Assembly: GCA_947501805.1 (NCBI GenBank) | Contig: CANMXJ010000009.1 | Location: 8,330 to 72,329, forward strand | Origin: an uncultured Sulfitobacter sp. | GTDB taxonomy: Bacteria > Pseudomonadota > Alphaproteobacteria > Rhodobacterales > Rhodobacteraceae | DNA: 64,000 nt | Reading direction: 5' to 3' | Part shown: piece by piece, positions 32,014-41,604 of the stretch | Layout: each line of letters opens with the position of its first letter | Numbering within the stretch: position 1 is the stretch's first letter | The notes under the pieces: model-generated | Seen by the model: only the letters and a program-made list of their open reading frames with translations | Told to the model about the DNA's origin: nothing | The model's database searches: none | Made by a program: the position numbers and the translations under genes

Positions 32014-32633
32014 CCTTGGTTGCGCTTCTGGATTACGCATCCGTGCTGGTTTTTGCCATTACCGGTGCGCTGGTGGCCAGTCGTGCCCAGCTTGATCTGG
32101 TCGGCTTTGCCTTTATCGCCTGCCTGACTGCGTTAGGCGGCGGTACGATCCGCGATCTGTTACTTGACCGCAACCCGATCTTCTGGATCGCCAATCCAAC
32201 CTATCTGGGTGTCGCCGCAGGTGCCGCGCTGGTGATCTTTTTCACCGCACATCTGCTGGAAAGCCGGATGCGTGCGCTGATCTGGCTTGATAGCTTCGCG
32301 CTGGCGGTTGCTGTGGCGGCGGGTGCCGGTGTTGCCCTTTCACTGGACCAGTCAGCGGTCATTGTGATCCTAATGGGCATGATCACCGGTTGCATGGGCG
32401 GTTTGATGCGCGATGTGGTGGTCGCAGAAGTGCCGCTGGTACTGAAACAGGGCGAACTCTATGTGACGGCTGCTTTTGCAGGGGCGGGAACTGCGGCTAT
32501 TGCAAAGCTCTATTTGCTGGATACATCGCTTGCGCTGCTGACGTGCGCCCTTGTGACATGGGTATTGCGGGCAGGTTCGTTGATGTTTGGCTGGCATTTG
32601 CCCATCTACAAGAACGAACCGCCAAAAAGCTGA
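32010..32633 (+). CDS. Trimeric intracellular cation channel (UPF0126/YadS) membrane protein
   Basis: Duplicated [10 protein letters not shown] / GGLMRDVV halves. Confidence 0.88.
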   Translation: MTLVALLDYASVLVFAITGALVASRAQLDLVGFAFIACLTALGGGTIRDLLLDRNPIFWIANPTYLGVAAGAALVIFFTAHLLESRMRALIWLDSFALAVAVAAGAGVALSLDQSAVIVILMGMITGCMGGLMRDVVVAEVPLVLKQGELYVTAAFAGAGTAAIAKLYLLDTSLALLTCALVTWVLRAGSLMFGWHLPIYKNEPPKS

Positions 32634-32640
32634 CCAATCG

Positions 32641-32877
32641 TCACTTTCGCCAGTGAAACGGCACAATCACCAAAGCACCGATAGACGATACAATCGCATT
32701 CACACCGGGCGAGGAAAATCCGAGACCAAACATGATGCGGATGAAGTAGAACACGAACGCCCCACCCACGCAGATGATGATAGACTGCAGATAACCGTTA
32801 TGTGTCCAACCAGTTTTCTCGGAGACATAACCGACGATCCCCGCGATAACGACAGTGCCGAACAGGACCAGAAACAT
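32641..32877 (-). CDS. GlsB/YeaQ/YmgE-like small membrane protein
   Basis: Three hydrophobic helices with IVG...IIICVGGAF...SSIGAL pattern. Confidence 0.65.
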   Translation of the reverse strand: MFLVLFGTVVIAGIVGYVSEKTGWTHNGYLQSIIICVGGAFVFYFIRIMFGLGFSSPGVNAIVSSIGALVIVPFHWRK

Positions 32878-32881
32878 CGCG

Positions 32882-33796
32882 TTATTCTCCGTTCAGGATT
32901 GTGCCGGGCGCAATCTGCGCCCCGCTTTGAAACACATCCACATCCTGCGCCGCCTTGCCCGCCCGTTGCAAGCGGGTCAGTTGAACCGCCCCGTCACCAC
33001 AGGCAACGCGCAATCCGCTGTCGAGGACCTGGCCAGCTGCGCCGCTGCCAGTAGACAAGGTTGAGCCAAGCGCCTTGACGCGGATACCGTCCAGGTCGAA
33101 CCACGCGCCGGGAAACGGGGACAGACCCCGGATCAGACGATCTACTTCAATGGCAGGCCTGGTCCAGTCGATGCGGGCTTCGGACTTGTCAATCTTGGCG
33201 GCGTAGGTAACACCCTGCTCTGATTGCGGCTGGGGTACAAGCGTATCAAGCGTGGCAATTGCCTCGACAATGGCTTCGGCACCCAGCGCACTCAGCCTGT
33301 CATGTAATTCTGCCGTTGTCTCTGACAGCCCGATCTCAACTTCTTTACACATCAACACCGCACCCGTGTCCAACCCTGCATCCATCTGCATGATGCAAAC
33401 ACCCGTCTTCGCATCCCCCGCCATAATCGCTCGGTGGATCGGTGCCGCGCCGCGCCAACGTGGCAACAGGCTGGCGTGGATGTTCAAACAGCCTCTGGTC
33501 GGCGCATCCAGCACGGCTTGGGGCAGGATCAAACCATAGGCGACAACCACGGCAATATCCGCATTCAGTGCCGCAATCTCTGCCTGCGCCTCGGGCGTTT
33601 TCAACGAAACAGGATGGCGCACCTCAAGTCCCAGCGCTTCTGCACGTTCATGCACGGCAGTTGGGCGATCTTTCTTGCCGCGCCCTGCTGGACGGGGTGG
33701 CTGGCTATAGACGGCAGCGATATCATGGCCCGCGTCAACCAATGCATCCAGCACAGGAACGGAGAAATCCGGCGTGCCCATAAAGATGATACGCAT
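32882..33796 (-). CDS. fmt: Methionyl-tRNA formyltransferase
   Basis: [24 protein letters not shown]. Confidence 0.97.
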   Translation of the reverse strand: MRIIFMGTPDFSVPVLDALVDAGHDIAAVYSQPPRPAGRGKKDRPTAVHERAEALGLEVRHPVSLKTPEAQAEIAALNADIAVVVAYGLILPQAVLDAPTRGCLNIHASLLPRWRGAAPIHRAIMAGDAKTGVCIMQMDAGLDTGAVLMCKEVEIGLSETTAELHDRLSALGAEAIVEAIATLDTLVPQPQSEQGVTYAAKIDKSEARIDWTRPAIEVDRLIRGLSPFPGAWFDLDGIRVKALGSTLSTGSGAAGQVLDSGLRVACGDGAVQLTRLQRAGKAAQDVDVFQSGAQIAPGTILNGE

Positions 33797-33820
33797 TGAT
33801 GCCGCCTCCTGTTGGGCCGT

Positions 33821-34318
33821 TTACCCGTTTAGTTTCTTGGCTTTACGCAACAGCATGTCACGTTTGGTCTTGCTCAAGCGGTCAAAGTACATCCGCCCCG
33901 CAAGATGGTCGATCTGGTGCTGCACACTCGTCGCTTCCAGCCCGACAAATTCGCGTCGCGCAATCACACCGTTCTGATCAAGAAACCGAACCGACACCGC
34001 GCGGGGCCGTGTGATCTTGGCCGACACACCCGGAAGACAAGGGCTGGCTTCTTCATGCTCGTTCGGCTTGGCAGAGGCTTCAATCACCTGCGGATTGGCC
34101 ATCAGAATACGGCGGTTCCGTTCACTTGACGCATCCACAACAGCCAATTGCAGCATCACACCAATTTGCGGCGCACCCAAACCAACTCCGGGCATGGCGT
34201 CCATCGTATCGACCATATCCTGCCAAATGCCACGCACCTCATCGGTGATTTCCACAACTTCTTCGGCCTTCGTGCGCAGACGCTTATCCGGCCACTGGAG
34301 GATATTACGCACACTCAT
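33821..34318 (-). CDS. Peptide deformylase-like protein with degenerate active site
   Basis: PDF fold (GVGLGAPQIG) but EASPCLP replaces EGCLS and HQIDH replaces HEIDH. Confidence 0.88.
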   Translation of the reverse strand: MSVRNILQWPDKRLRTKAEEVVEITDEVRGIWQDMVDTMDAMPGVGLGAPQIGVMLQLAVVDASSERNRRILMANPQVIEASAKPNEHEEASPCLPGVSAKITRPRAVSVRFLDQNGVIARREFVGLEATSVQHQIDHLAGRMYFDRLSKTKRDMLLRKAKKLNG

Positions 34319-34812
34319 TGCGCATGATACTCCGCAATCAAAGCCTCGCGTTCATCCGACAACAAATGATCAAACGTCACGATCCCGTCGAGATGATCAA
34401 TTTCATGCTGTACACATGCGGCAACAAAACCGTCAAAACTCTGCACATATCGCCCACCATTCAACCCCGTCCAGACCATTTGCACCTGCGCGGGGCGCGA
34501 AATCTCGGCACTCACACCGGGGATACTCAGGCAGCCTTCCGTATTGGTCACACGCTCTTCGCTCAGCTCCTGCAACATCGGGTTGATGCAAACCAACGGA
34601 TCGGATTTGCCTTCTTTCCACCCCGCATCCATCACAAATATGCGGTGCGTCGACCCAACTTGTGGCGCGGCAAGACCACGACCAGGCGCAGCATACATGG
34701 TTTCCAACATATCGGCGGCAAGCGTTTCAATCTCTGGCGTGATTTCTTCCACAGGCACACAGGTATCCGTCAACCGCGGATCAGGCCACAGGACAATCGG
34801 CAACACGCTCAT
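34315..34812 (-). CDS. def: Peptide deformylase paralogue 2
   Basis: GRGLAAPQVG, EGCLS and QHEIDH all intact. Confidence 0.92.
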   Translation of the reverse strand: MSVLPIVLWPDPRLTDTCVPVEEITPEIETLAADMLETMYAAPGRGLAAPQVGSTHRIFVMDAGWKEGKSDPLVCINPMLQELSEERVTNTEGCLSIPGVSAEISRPAQVQMVWTGLNGGRYVQSFDGFVAACVQHEIDHLDGIVTFDHLLSDEREALIAEYHAQ

Positions 34813-35327
34813 GCGCGGGCCAACTCGCGTTTCAGCTTTACCATCTTACGCGTCATCATCTGGCGTTTCAGCGGCTTGAGGTAATCAATAAACAACTTGC
34901 CATTGAGGTGGTCGATTTCATGCTGCACACAAGTTGCCCACAACCCGTCAAAGGTCTCCGTCTGCGCATTGCCATCACGGTCCATCCACTCGACGTCCAC
35001 AACCTTGGGGCGCGTCACATCCGCATATAGATCAGGCAGTGACAAACAGCCCTCCTCATACGTATTTTCCTCATCCGAGGACGCCAGAATGCGCGGATTG
35101 AACATCACCATCGGGCGCGGCTTTTCGCCCTCCTCTTTGACACAATCGAGCACAATCAAACGGTCCAGAATACCGATCTGTGGTGCTGCCAAACCAATGC
35201 CTGGTGCCTCGTACATCGTGCGCAGCATGTCGTCGGCCAGCGCGCGCAGATCGTCCGTCACGTCATCAACGGGCTTGGCCAGTTTTTTCAAGCGCGGATC
35301 GGGGTGTAAAAGAATGTTGCGTTTCAT
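34809..35327 (-). CDS. def: Peptide deformylase (canonical)
   Basis: GIGLAAPQIG, EEGCLS, QHEIDH; basic C-terminal helix. Confidence 0.96.
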   Translation of the reverse strand: MKRNILLHPDPRLKKLAKPVDDVTDDLRALADDMLRTMYEAPGIGLAAPQIGILDRLIVLDCVKEEGEKPRPMVMFNPRILASSDEENTYEEGCLSLPDLYADVTRPKVVDVEWMDRDGNAQTETFDGLWATCVQHEIDHLNGKLFIDYLKPLKRQMMTRKMVKLKRELARA

Positions 35328-35423
35328 ACCGCTGATTTAGGGGATGCACCCCGCCACTGCAAGCGAGGGCTTGCAGGTCGCGCCGTAACCGCTAGCTTGA
35401 GCGCGCATAAAAGGAGCCATCCC

Positions 35424-36593
35424 ATGAGTTTTGACGAGATCATCGACCGCCGCGACACCCATTGCGCCAAATGGGACAAGATGGAGGCGCTGTACGGCGT
35501 GCCGCGCGACACAGGGATCGCGATGTGGGTGGCCGATATGGATTTCCGCCCACCTCAAGTTGTGCAAAATGCCCTGCAGGCGCAAGTAAACCATGGTGTT
35601 TACGGCTATTTCGGCGATGACAGCAAATATCTGGCCGCGATCCAGTGGTGGATGGACAGCCGCCACGGCTGGAAGATTGAACCGGAATGGGTGTTCACAA
35701 CGCACGGTCTGGTGAACGGCACGGCGATGTGCGTGGATACCTTTACCGTCGAAGGGGACGGCGTGGTATTGTTCACGCCTGTTTACCATGCCTTTGCCAA
35801 GGTGATTAACGCCGCAAACCGCAAGGTCGTGGAATGCGAGATGCCCGTTGTCGATGGTCGCTACGAAATGGATTTTGACGCATGGGATGCGCAAATGACC
35901 GGCAGCGAAAAAATGGTGATCTTGTGTTCGCCGCACAATCCCGGCGGGCGTGTCTGGAGCCGCGCAGAACTACAGGGCGTCGCTGATTTCGCCAAACGGC
36001 ACGATCTGGTTCTGGTGTCTGATGAAATCCACCATGATCTTGTGATGCCCGGTAACACACATATCCCGATGGCCGACATCGACGGGATTACCGACCGTCT
36101 TGTGATGATGACGGCGACAACCAAGACCTTCAACATCGCGGGCAGCCATTCGGGCAACGTGATCATTGAAGACCCTGATTTGCGGGCGAAATTCGGCGCG
36201 CGGATGATGGCGCTTGGCCTGTCACCAAATTCCTTTGGTTTGTTCATGGCAACCGCCGCCTATTCACCCGAAGGGGCTGCGTGGGTGGATGATCTGGTGG
36301 CCTATCTGGATGGCAACCGATGCTTGTTTGATGACGCCGTGAACGCGATTCCGGGCCTCAAGTCGATGAACCTTGAAGCAACCTATCTGGCGTGGGTCGA
36401 TTTTGAGGACACCGGCATGGCCCGTGACGAATTCACACGCCGCGTGCAGGAAGATGCAGGCATCGCAGTGAACCACGGACCGACCTTTGGCAAGGGCGGC
36501 GAAAACTTCCTGCGCTTCAACATCGCAACGCCACGGGCGCGGGTTAAAGAAGCCTGTGAACGGTTGGTCAAGGCATTTGGGGATTTGCAGTAG
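35424..36593 (+). CDS. MalY/PatB family PLP-dependent C-S lyase
   Basis: MWVADMDF, LCSPHNPGG, SDEIHHD, KTFNIAG; AAGGAG RBS. Confidence 0.92.
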   Translation: MSFDEIIDRRDTHCAKWDKMEALYGVPRDTGIAMWVADMDFRPPQVVQNALQAQVNHGVYGYFGDDSKYLAAIQWWMDSRHGWKIEPEWVFTTHGLVNGTAMCVDTFTVEGDGVVLFTPVYHAFAKVINAANRKVVECEMPVVDGRYEMDFDAWDAQMTGSEKMVILCSPHNPGGRVWSRAELQGVADFAKRHDLVLVSDEIHHDLVMPGNTHIPMADIDGITDRLVMMTATTKTFNIAGSHSGNVIIEDPDLRAKFGARMMALGLSPNSFGLFMATAAYSPEGAAWVDDLVAYLDGNRCLFDDAVNAIPGLKSMNLEATYLAWVDFEDTGMARDEFTRRVQEDAGIAVNHGPTFGKGGENFLRFNIATPRARVKEACERLVKAFGDLQ

Positions 36594-36599
36594 TTAGCC

Positions 36600-36977
36600 T
36601 CAATTCGATCCTGAAAGGTCTTGCGCGATCATCAGCGCATTGCCGTCAGGATCATAAAGCGTTGCTAGGCTGACCATGCCTTCCATCGTCTCTGTGTCAC
36701 CGTCAAACCGGACCCCTTCGGCTTCCAACGCCGAACGGGCCACGCCAATATCGGCGACTCCGAATACAGGAATAGCATTTCCGGGCGTTGGTTCCGCCTG
36801 CTCGCCCAACCCCAAGACAACACCTTTGGTTTTGGTGTCCATCTCGCTCCAACCTGCCTCATCAATATGCATACGTAGTTCAAACCCGAACATTTTGTTG
36901 TACCAGTCAGCGCTTGCGTGCCGATCCTTTACAGAAATGGCAAAAGTGATCTGATCATCCAAAGTTACAACTGACAT
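36600..36977 (-). CDS. VOC (glyoxalase/bleomycin-resistance) family protein
   Basis: WYNKMFGF...YDPDGNALMI; paired beta-alpha-beta-beta-beta pattern. Confidence 0.87.
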   Translation of the reverse strand: MSVVTLDDQITFAISVKDRHASADWYNKMFGFELRMHIDEAGWSEMDTKTKGVVLGLGEQAEPTPGNAIPVFGVADIGVARSALEAEGVRFDGDTETMEGMVSLATLYDPDGNALMIAQDLSGSN

Positions 36978-37017
36978 GGTGCTTTCCTATGTTTGAAAAA
37001 TATATTAACTATACTTT

Positions 37018-37554
37018 ATGGACATAAATCTTCTTGTCAAGATTACCGCCCGTGCTTGGTCGCTTTCGATCCTCGGGCTGATGCATCGGGGTGTTCCCGG
37101 TCGTCAGGCCGCGCTGCTTGCCAAATCGGGTGCCGGGCGCACAGCATTTGCACACAGCTTAAAGCACCTGGTAGATCTTGGGTTGTTGGAACGCACCCCC
37201 GGTCACGGACATCCTTTGCGCCCTGAATTCCAACTTACAGAGAAAGGGAAAATCGCTGCACATATAGCGGACCAGATTGAAAAATCTTCCGCACAAACCT
37301 TGGAAAATACCCTTCTGCGCCGTGCATGGACCGTGCCAATTCTTGCCGTCAGCACACAGCCAAGGTTCTTTTCCGACCTTAAGAAAGAGTTACCATCCAT
37401 AACAGATCGGGCTTTATCGCAATCTCTAAAACAGTTGGAAGACCAACACTGGGTGAAACGCCAGATCAACACGAACATACATCCGCCACGCGCCTTGTAT
37501 CTGGCAACAAACGAAGGCGCATCTATTGGAAATGCCGTTGGACTTGGCATCTAG
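37018..37554 (+). CDS. HxlR-like regulator with two tandem winged-helix domains
   Basis: Two RAW..IL repeats; the second has FSDLKKELPSITDRALSQSLKQLE. Confidence 0.82.
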   Translation: MDINLLVKITARAWSLSILGLMHRGVPGRQAALLAKSGAGRTAFAHSLKHLVDLGLLERTPGHGHPLRPEFQLTEKGKIAAHIADQIEKSSAQTLENTLLRRAWTVPILAVSTQPRFFSDLKKELPSITDRALSQSLKQLEDQHWVKRQINTNIHPPRALYLATNEGASIGNAVGLGI

Positions 37555-37657
37555 AGCGTTTTCGAAAAAACCTGAACCATCCTTCGTCACCTAACACCTT
37601 GAAATCTTTGATTTCAGGCAACGTTAGGCGATTCAGGTTTTTCGAGAACTGCTTTAG
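37551..37657. mobile_element. Palindromic MITE/RIME-like element (~107 bp)
   Basis: Imperfect terminal IRs CTAGAGCGTTTTCGAAAAAACCTGAA / TTCAGGTTTTTCGAGAACTGCTTTAG; nested TCACCTAAC/GTTAGGCGA; core TGAAATC-ttt-GATTTCA. Confidence 0.7.
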
Positions 37658-37676
37658 CCGCACTCATTCTGGCTAA

Positions 37677-38030
37677 TTATCGTGCGTCTGCAATCAACCC
37701 GACAGGTGCATCCACGCTACGCACAAAATCAAGCGCAGCTCCGGATGCTACCGCCGTTGCCCGTTTGAACTCGAACCGCATCTCGCCCGCTTCTTCCTCG
37801 CTTGCGACAATCAGGCATTGGAACAGGTGGTTCGCCCCGTCATACAGGTCAACCAAGCCCGGCAAATGTGGCGCATCCGCTGCCTCAACCGCAAACCCTG
37901 TCTTCCACATGCGCAGCACGCGATAGGTAACGCCGTCCACAGTCAGCCGCAGCCGCGACCCGTTGCGCAGGCTTTGCATGCGCGCCGCATCAAGCCCTTC
38001 TTGTATCTCTTTTGACAACACCGAATCCAT
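37677..38030 (-). CDS. Conserved hypothetical protein (117 aa)
   Basis: ATG 38030 with GGAGG RBS; beta-rich LRLTV...YRVLRMW...GLVDLYDG...CLIVAS pattern. Confidence 0.75.
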   Translation of the reverse strand: MDSVLSKEIQEGLDAARMQSLRNGSRLRLTVDGVTYRVLRMWKTGFAVEAADAPHLPGLVDLYDGANHLFQCLIVASEEEAGEMRFEFKRATAVASGAALDFVRSVDAPVGLIADAR

Positions 38031-38190
38031 AATTGCACCTCCCCCATAGTCTTTCCAGACTGATCTAACTGCGCATAAAATCAACACAATTCGACATGTG
38101 CGCCTGTGCAGGGTTCCTGCGCCCCGATTGCTATGTGCAGCATAGAACAACACCGCTAGATATTGCGTTAACAACGCAAAGGAGCAGGAC

Positions 38191-39171
38191 ATGGGCTTAC
38201 TGGTAGACGGCAAATGGCAGGACAAATGGTATGATACCAAATCGTCTGGCGGAAAGTTTGAACGCTCGGCAGCAAAGTTCCGCAATTGGGTGACGGCCGA
38301 CGGATCCGCAGGTCCGTCCGGCTCCGGCGGCTTCAAAGCAGAAAGCGGGCGCTATCATCTCTATGTTTCATTCGCCTGTCCCTGGGCGCATCGCACATTG
38401 ATTTTTCGCGCGCTCAAGGGACTGACGGATCATATCGACATCAGTGTTGTGCATCCTGATATGCTTGGTGAGGGGTGGACGTTTGACGCCAGCTATGACG
38501 GCGCAACCGGCGATACACTGTTCGGACTGCCCTTTGCCCGCGACATCTATATCAAGGCTGATCCGGCTTTTACCGGCCGCGTGACAGTGCCAATCCTTTG
38601 GGACAAGCACCAAGAAACTATTGTTTCAAACGAAAGCTCCGAAATCATCCGAATGTTGAACAGCGCTTTTGATGAAATCACCGGAGACACACAGGACTTC
38701 TGGCCCGAGGACCTGCGTACCGCGATTGAGCCCGTGAACCAGCGTATCTACGACACATTGAATAATGGTGTTTACCGTTGCGGCTTTGCGACCACGCAAA
38801 GCGCCTATGACGAAGCCATCGACCCGCTGTTTGACACGCTGGACTGGCTGGAGGATCGGATGGCACAAAACCGCTATCTAATGGGGGAGCGCATCACCGA
38901 AGCTGATTGGCGTCTGTTCCCGACCTTGATCCGTTTTGACAATGTGTATCATCTGCATTTCAAGTGTAATCGTCGCCGGATCGTGGATTACCCGAACATC
39001 TGGGCCTATGTGCGCGAGTTGTACCAATGGCCCAGTGTGGCGCAAACGGTAAACATGGATCACATCGTGCGGCACTATCACTACAGCCATGACACTATCA
39101 ATCCGAACCGGATTATCCCGACAAACCCTGTTCTGGACTTTGATGCCCCGCACGGACGCAGCGCATTCTAA
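38191..39171 (+). CDS. yqjG: Glutathionyl-hydroquinone reductase (YqjG-type GST)
   Basis: YVSFACPWAHR, VTVPILWD, NESSEI, NNGVY, HIVRHYHYSH. Confidence 0.93.
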   Translation: MGLLVDGKWQDKWYDTKSSGGKFERSAAKFRNWVTADGSAGPSGSGGFKAESGRYHLYVSFACPWAHRTLIFRALKGLTDHIDISVVHPDMLGEGWTFDASYDGATGDTLFGLPFARDIYIKADPAFTGRVTVPILWDKHQETIVSNESSEIIRMLNSAFDEITGDTQDFWPEDLRTAIEPVNQRIYDTLNNGVYRCGFATTQSAYDEAIDPLFDTLDWLEDRMAQNRYLMGERITEADWRLFPTLIRFDNVYHLHFKCNRRRIVDYPNIWAYVRELYQWPSVAQTVNMDHIVRHYHYSHDTINPNRIIPTNPVLDFDAPHGRSAF

Positions 39172-39533
39172 CCGCGGTCTGACCCATAATGTTCGACCAT
39201 TGCGGCCAGATCTTCGGGTGGCGTACTGGATGGCAAAAACGCCCGAGCATTGGCGCAATGGTTGAAAATGGATCCGTCAGAAAAGAAAGACGTGTTGGTT
39301 ACAAAAATCACATCCGCATCCGGTTGGCGGTAGTTGGCATAATCCGAAACCGCCAACGCAGAGCCTTCGTCAAGAACAAGATCAAGTATGATGATATCGA
39401 CGTGGTGCTGCGCAAGATATGCCGTCGCTGCATCCTGATTTGTTACCCGCGCGACGTCCATCTCATGCCGTTCCAAGTGCTTTTGCCATATCCAGCCAAG
39501 TTCGGGCTGGCTTTCGACGATGAGCACTTTCAT
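39168..39533 (-). CDS. Atypical single-domain response regulator, Osp-like
   Basis: REC fold VLIVES...IILDLVL...FVT, lacking the second acidic residue and the conserved Lys; CtrA box upstream. Confidence 0.8.
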   Translation of the reverse strand: MKVLIVESQPELGWIWQKHLERHEMDVARVTNQDAATAYLAQHHVDIIILDLVLDEGSALAVSDYANYRQPDADVIFVTNTSFFSDGSIFNHCANARAFLPSSTPPEDLAAMVEHYGSDRG

Positions 39534-39601
39534 CCGGACATTTTTCCCAGTTGGCATATTATGGTTGAGCATAGACATATAACTGTCGTCTGCCCATTAC
39601 G

Positions 39602-39617
39602 TTAACAAAGGGTTAAC
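39602..39617. promoter_or_regulatory. CtrA binding site
   Basis: TTAA-caaaggg-TTAAC, matching TTAA-N7-TTAAC on both strands; extra GTTAAC half-site at 39632-39637. Confidence 0.8.
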
Positions 39618-39739
39618 AGAATTACAAAATCGTTAACGCCTCGCAGATCACTTGAAGAAGCGGCGTTTTTCCGCTTTGTGCTCTAAAGGCAAATGGCATT
39701 TTTCCGCCGATACATCAAACAATGGGACACAAACAAACC

Positions 39740-40684
39740 ATGCAAGGCAAACGCGATCATGGCGGCAATCTGGACGCGGCTATCGCCCAATTCGGCGCAG
39801 CGCGGGACGCATGGATTGATTTGTCGACCGGAATCAATCCCGTCCCCTACCCGCTGCCCGATATTCCGGCAAACGCATGGACTGCACTTCCCGATCAGGG
39901 CGCTTTAGAAAGATTAAATGCTGCTGCGCGCAAACTTTGGCGTGTCCCTGACAGCGCGGGCATTCTGGCCGTGCCCGGTGCTTCGGCCGCAATCGCGCAT
40001 ATTCCGCTTTTGTCAAAACCGGGACGCGTCTTTGTCCCCAAGCCAACCTACAATGAACACGCTGCCAGCTTTGCGTTCGCAGGGTGGCATGTCACCGATA
40101 CCTTGGATCAGGTTGACGCCAGCGTGCATGTGCATCCAGACAACCCGGACGGACGATTCTGGCGATCAGCGGACCTGACAGGGACCCTGCGTGTGATCGA
40201 CGAGAGCTTTTGCGATGTCGCACCAGAGGCATCTCTCATGGCCGAAGCCAGCAACCCCGATACATTGATTCTAAAGAGCTTTGGCAAATTCTGGGGTCTT
40301 GCCGGCCTGCGTTTGGGGTTCGTGATCGGTGACCCCGATCATCTTGAAACTCTCGCCTCGATGCTCGGCCCTTGGTCGGTCGCCGGACCAGCCTTGCATA
40401 TTGGTGCGGCGGCCCTCGGCGATAACAACTGGGCCGCGCAAACCCGCGCCCGTCTTGTGGCGGATGCCGCTCGCCTTGATGCATTGATGACTGAAAAAGG
40501 AGCGGAAACTGTCGGCGGTACAACCCTCTTTCGGCTATACGATGTTGGCAAGGCAGTCGAATGGCAAAGACGGCTGGCACAGAACCATATCTGGAGCCGC
40601 GTCTTTCCCTACAACACCCGCTGGCTGAGACTGGGCTTGCCCGCTCCAACTGACTGGCCCCGTCTGCAATCGGCATTGTCATGA
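39740..40684 (+). CDS. cobD: L-threonine-O-3-phosphate decarboxylase (Salmonella CobD / Pseudomonas CobC)
   Basis: [29 protein letters not shown] (PLP Lys); precedes cbiB. Confidence 0.9.
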   Translation: MQGKRDHGGNLDAAIAQFGAARDAWIDLSTGINPVPYPLPDIPANAWTALPDQGALERLNAAARKLWRVPDSAGILAVPGASAAIAHIPLLSKPGRVFVPKPTYNEHAASFAFAGWHVTDTLDQVDASVHVHPDNPDGRFWRSADLTGTLRVIDESFCDVAPEASLMAEASNPDTLILKSFGKFWGLAGLRLGFVIGDPDHLETLASMLGPWSVAGPALHIGAAALGDNNWAAQTRARLVADAARLDALMTEKGAETVGGTTLFRLYDVGKAVEWQRRLAQNHIWSRVFPYNTRWLRLGLPAPTDWPRLQSALS

Positions 40685-41595
40685 GTACCCCGATTGTTTT
40701 GTTTGCGGCGATGCTGCTGGACGCGCTGTTCGGCGAACCCGACTGGCTTTGGCGGCGCGTGCCGCATCCGGCAGTCCTGATGGGCAAAGTGATCGGCATA
40801 TGCGATGCAAGAATGAACAACGGAAAATTGCGCAAGGCCAAAGGGATTGCGCTGGTTCTGGGACTGGTGTTTCTTGGTGCCGTTCTTGGCACCTTTTTGC
40901 AGTTTCTGGGTCCCCTTTTCGAAGTTGTTATTGTGGCGATTCTGCTCGCGCAGCGTTCCTTGGTCCAGCATGTCAGTGGCGTGGCAAACGGTCTGCGGAT
41001 GTCACTTGCCGAGGGGCGGCGTGCTGTTGCAAGAATTGTGAGCCGCGACACCAGATCAATGCAAGAGCCCGCAATCTCCCGCGCCGCTATCGAAAGCGCA
41101 GCCGAAAACCTGAGCGACGGGATCATCGCTCCTGCCTTCTGGTTCCTCATCGGCGGCCTGCCCGGCATATTGATCTATAAGCTCATCAATACGGCTGACA
41201 GTATGATCGGCTATCGCACGGAACGCTACACGGACTTCGGCTGGGCAGCTGCCCGTCTGGATGATCTGGTTAACTTGATACCTGCACGGTTGACTGCAGT
41301 GTTCATTGCACTGCCTGCTGGTGCCTTGGCGCAATGGGCCGCCATCCGCGCAGATGCCAGCCTGCACCGCTCGCCCAATGCAGGGTGGCCCGAAGCCGCC
41401 ATGGCCCGCGCCATAGGAGTAGCCCTTGCTGGCCCACGCGCCTATGATGGCGTGATGCAGGATTTTGCATGGGTCAACGGCGCAGGCGAACGTGCAATTG
41501 GCCCGACAGAAATTGACGCATGCGTAACCCGATTGTGGCATGCGTGGGGGATCGCCCTCGCTTTGGCGTTTTGCCTGGGTATTTTGACAAGTTAA
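40681..41595 (+). CDS. cbiB: Adenosylcobinamide-phosphate synthase
   Basis: [41 protein letters not shown]. Confidence 0.95.
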   Translation: MSTPIVLFAAMLLDALFGEPDWLWRRVPHPAVLMGKVIGICDARMNNGKLRKAKGIALVLGLVFLGAVLGTFLQFLGPLFEVVIVAILLAQRSLVQHVSGVANGLRMSLAEGRRAVARIVSRDTRSMQEPAISRAAIESAAENLSDGIIAPAFWFLIGGLPGILIYKLINTADSMIGYRTERYTDFGWAAARLDDLVNLIPARLTAVFIALPAGALAQWAAIRADASLHRSPNAGWPEAAMARAIGVALAGPRAYDGVMQDFAWVNGAGERAIGPTEIDACVTRLWHAWGIALALAFCLGILTS

Positions 41596-41604
41596 AGGAT
41601 TAAG

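Noticed and set aside
37677-38336. ORF-track 219-aa version of the hypothetical gene, and other extended starts (4972, 8587, 11458, 28714, 46725, 53692)
   Set aside because: The extensions overlap neighbouring genes or promoters; downstream starts with an RBS or stop-start overlap fit better
39620-39739. Possible cobalamin riboswitch before cobD-cbiB
   Set aside because: Region is too short and has no recognisable B12-box or conserved core
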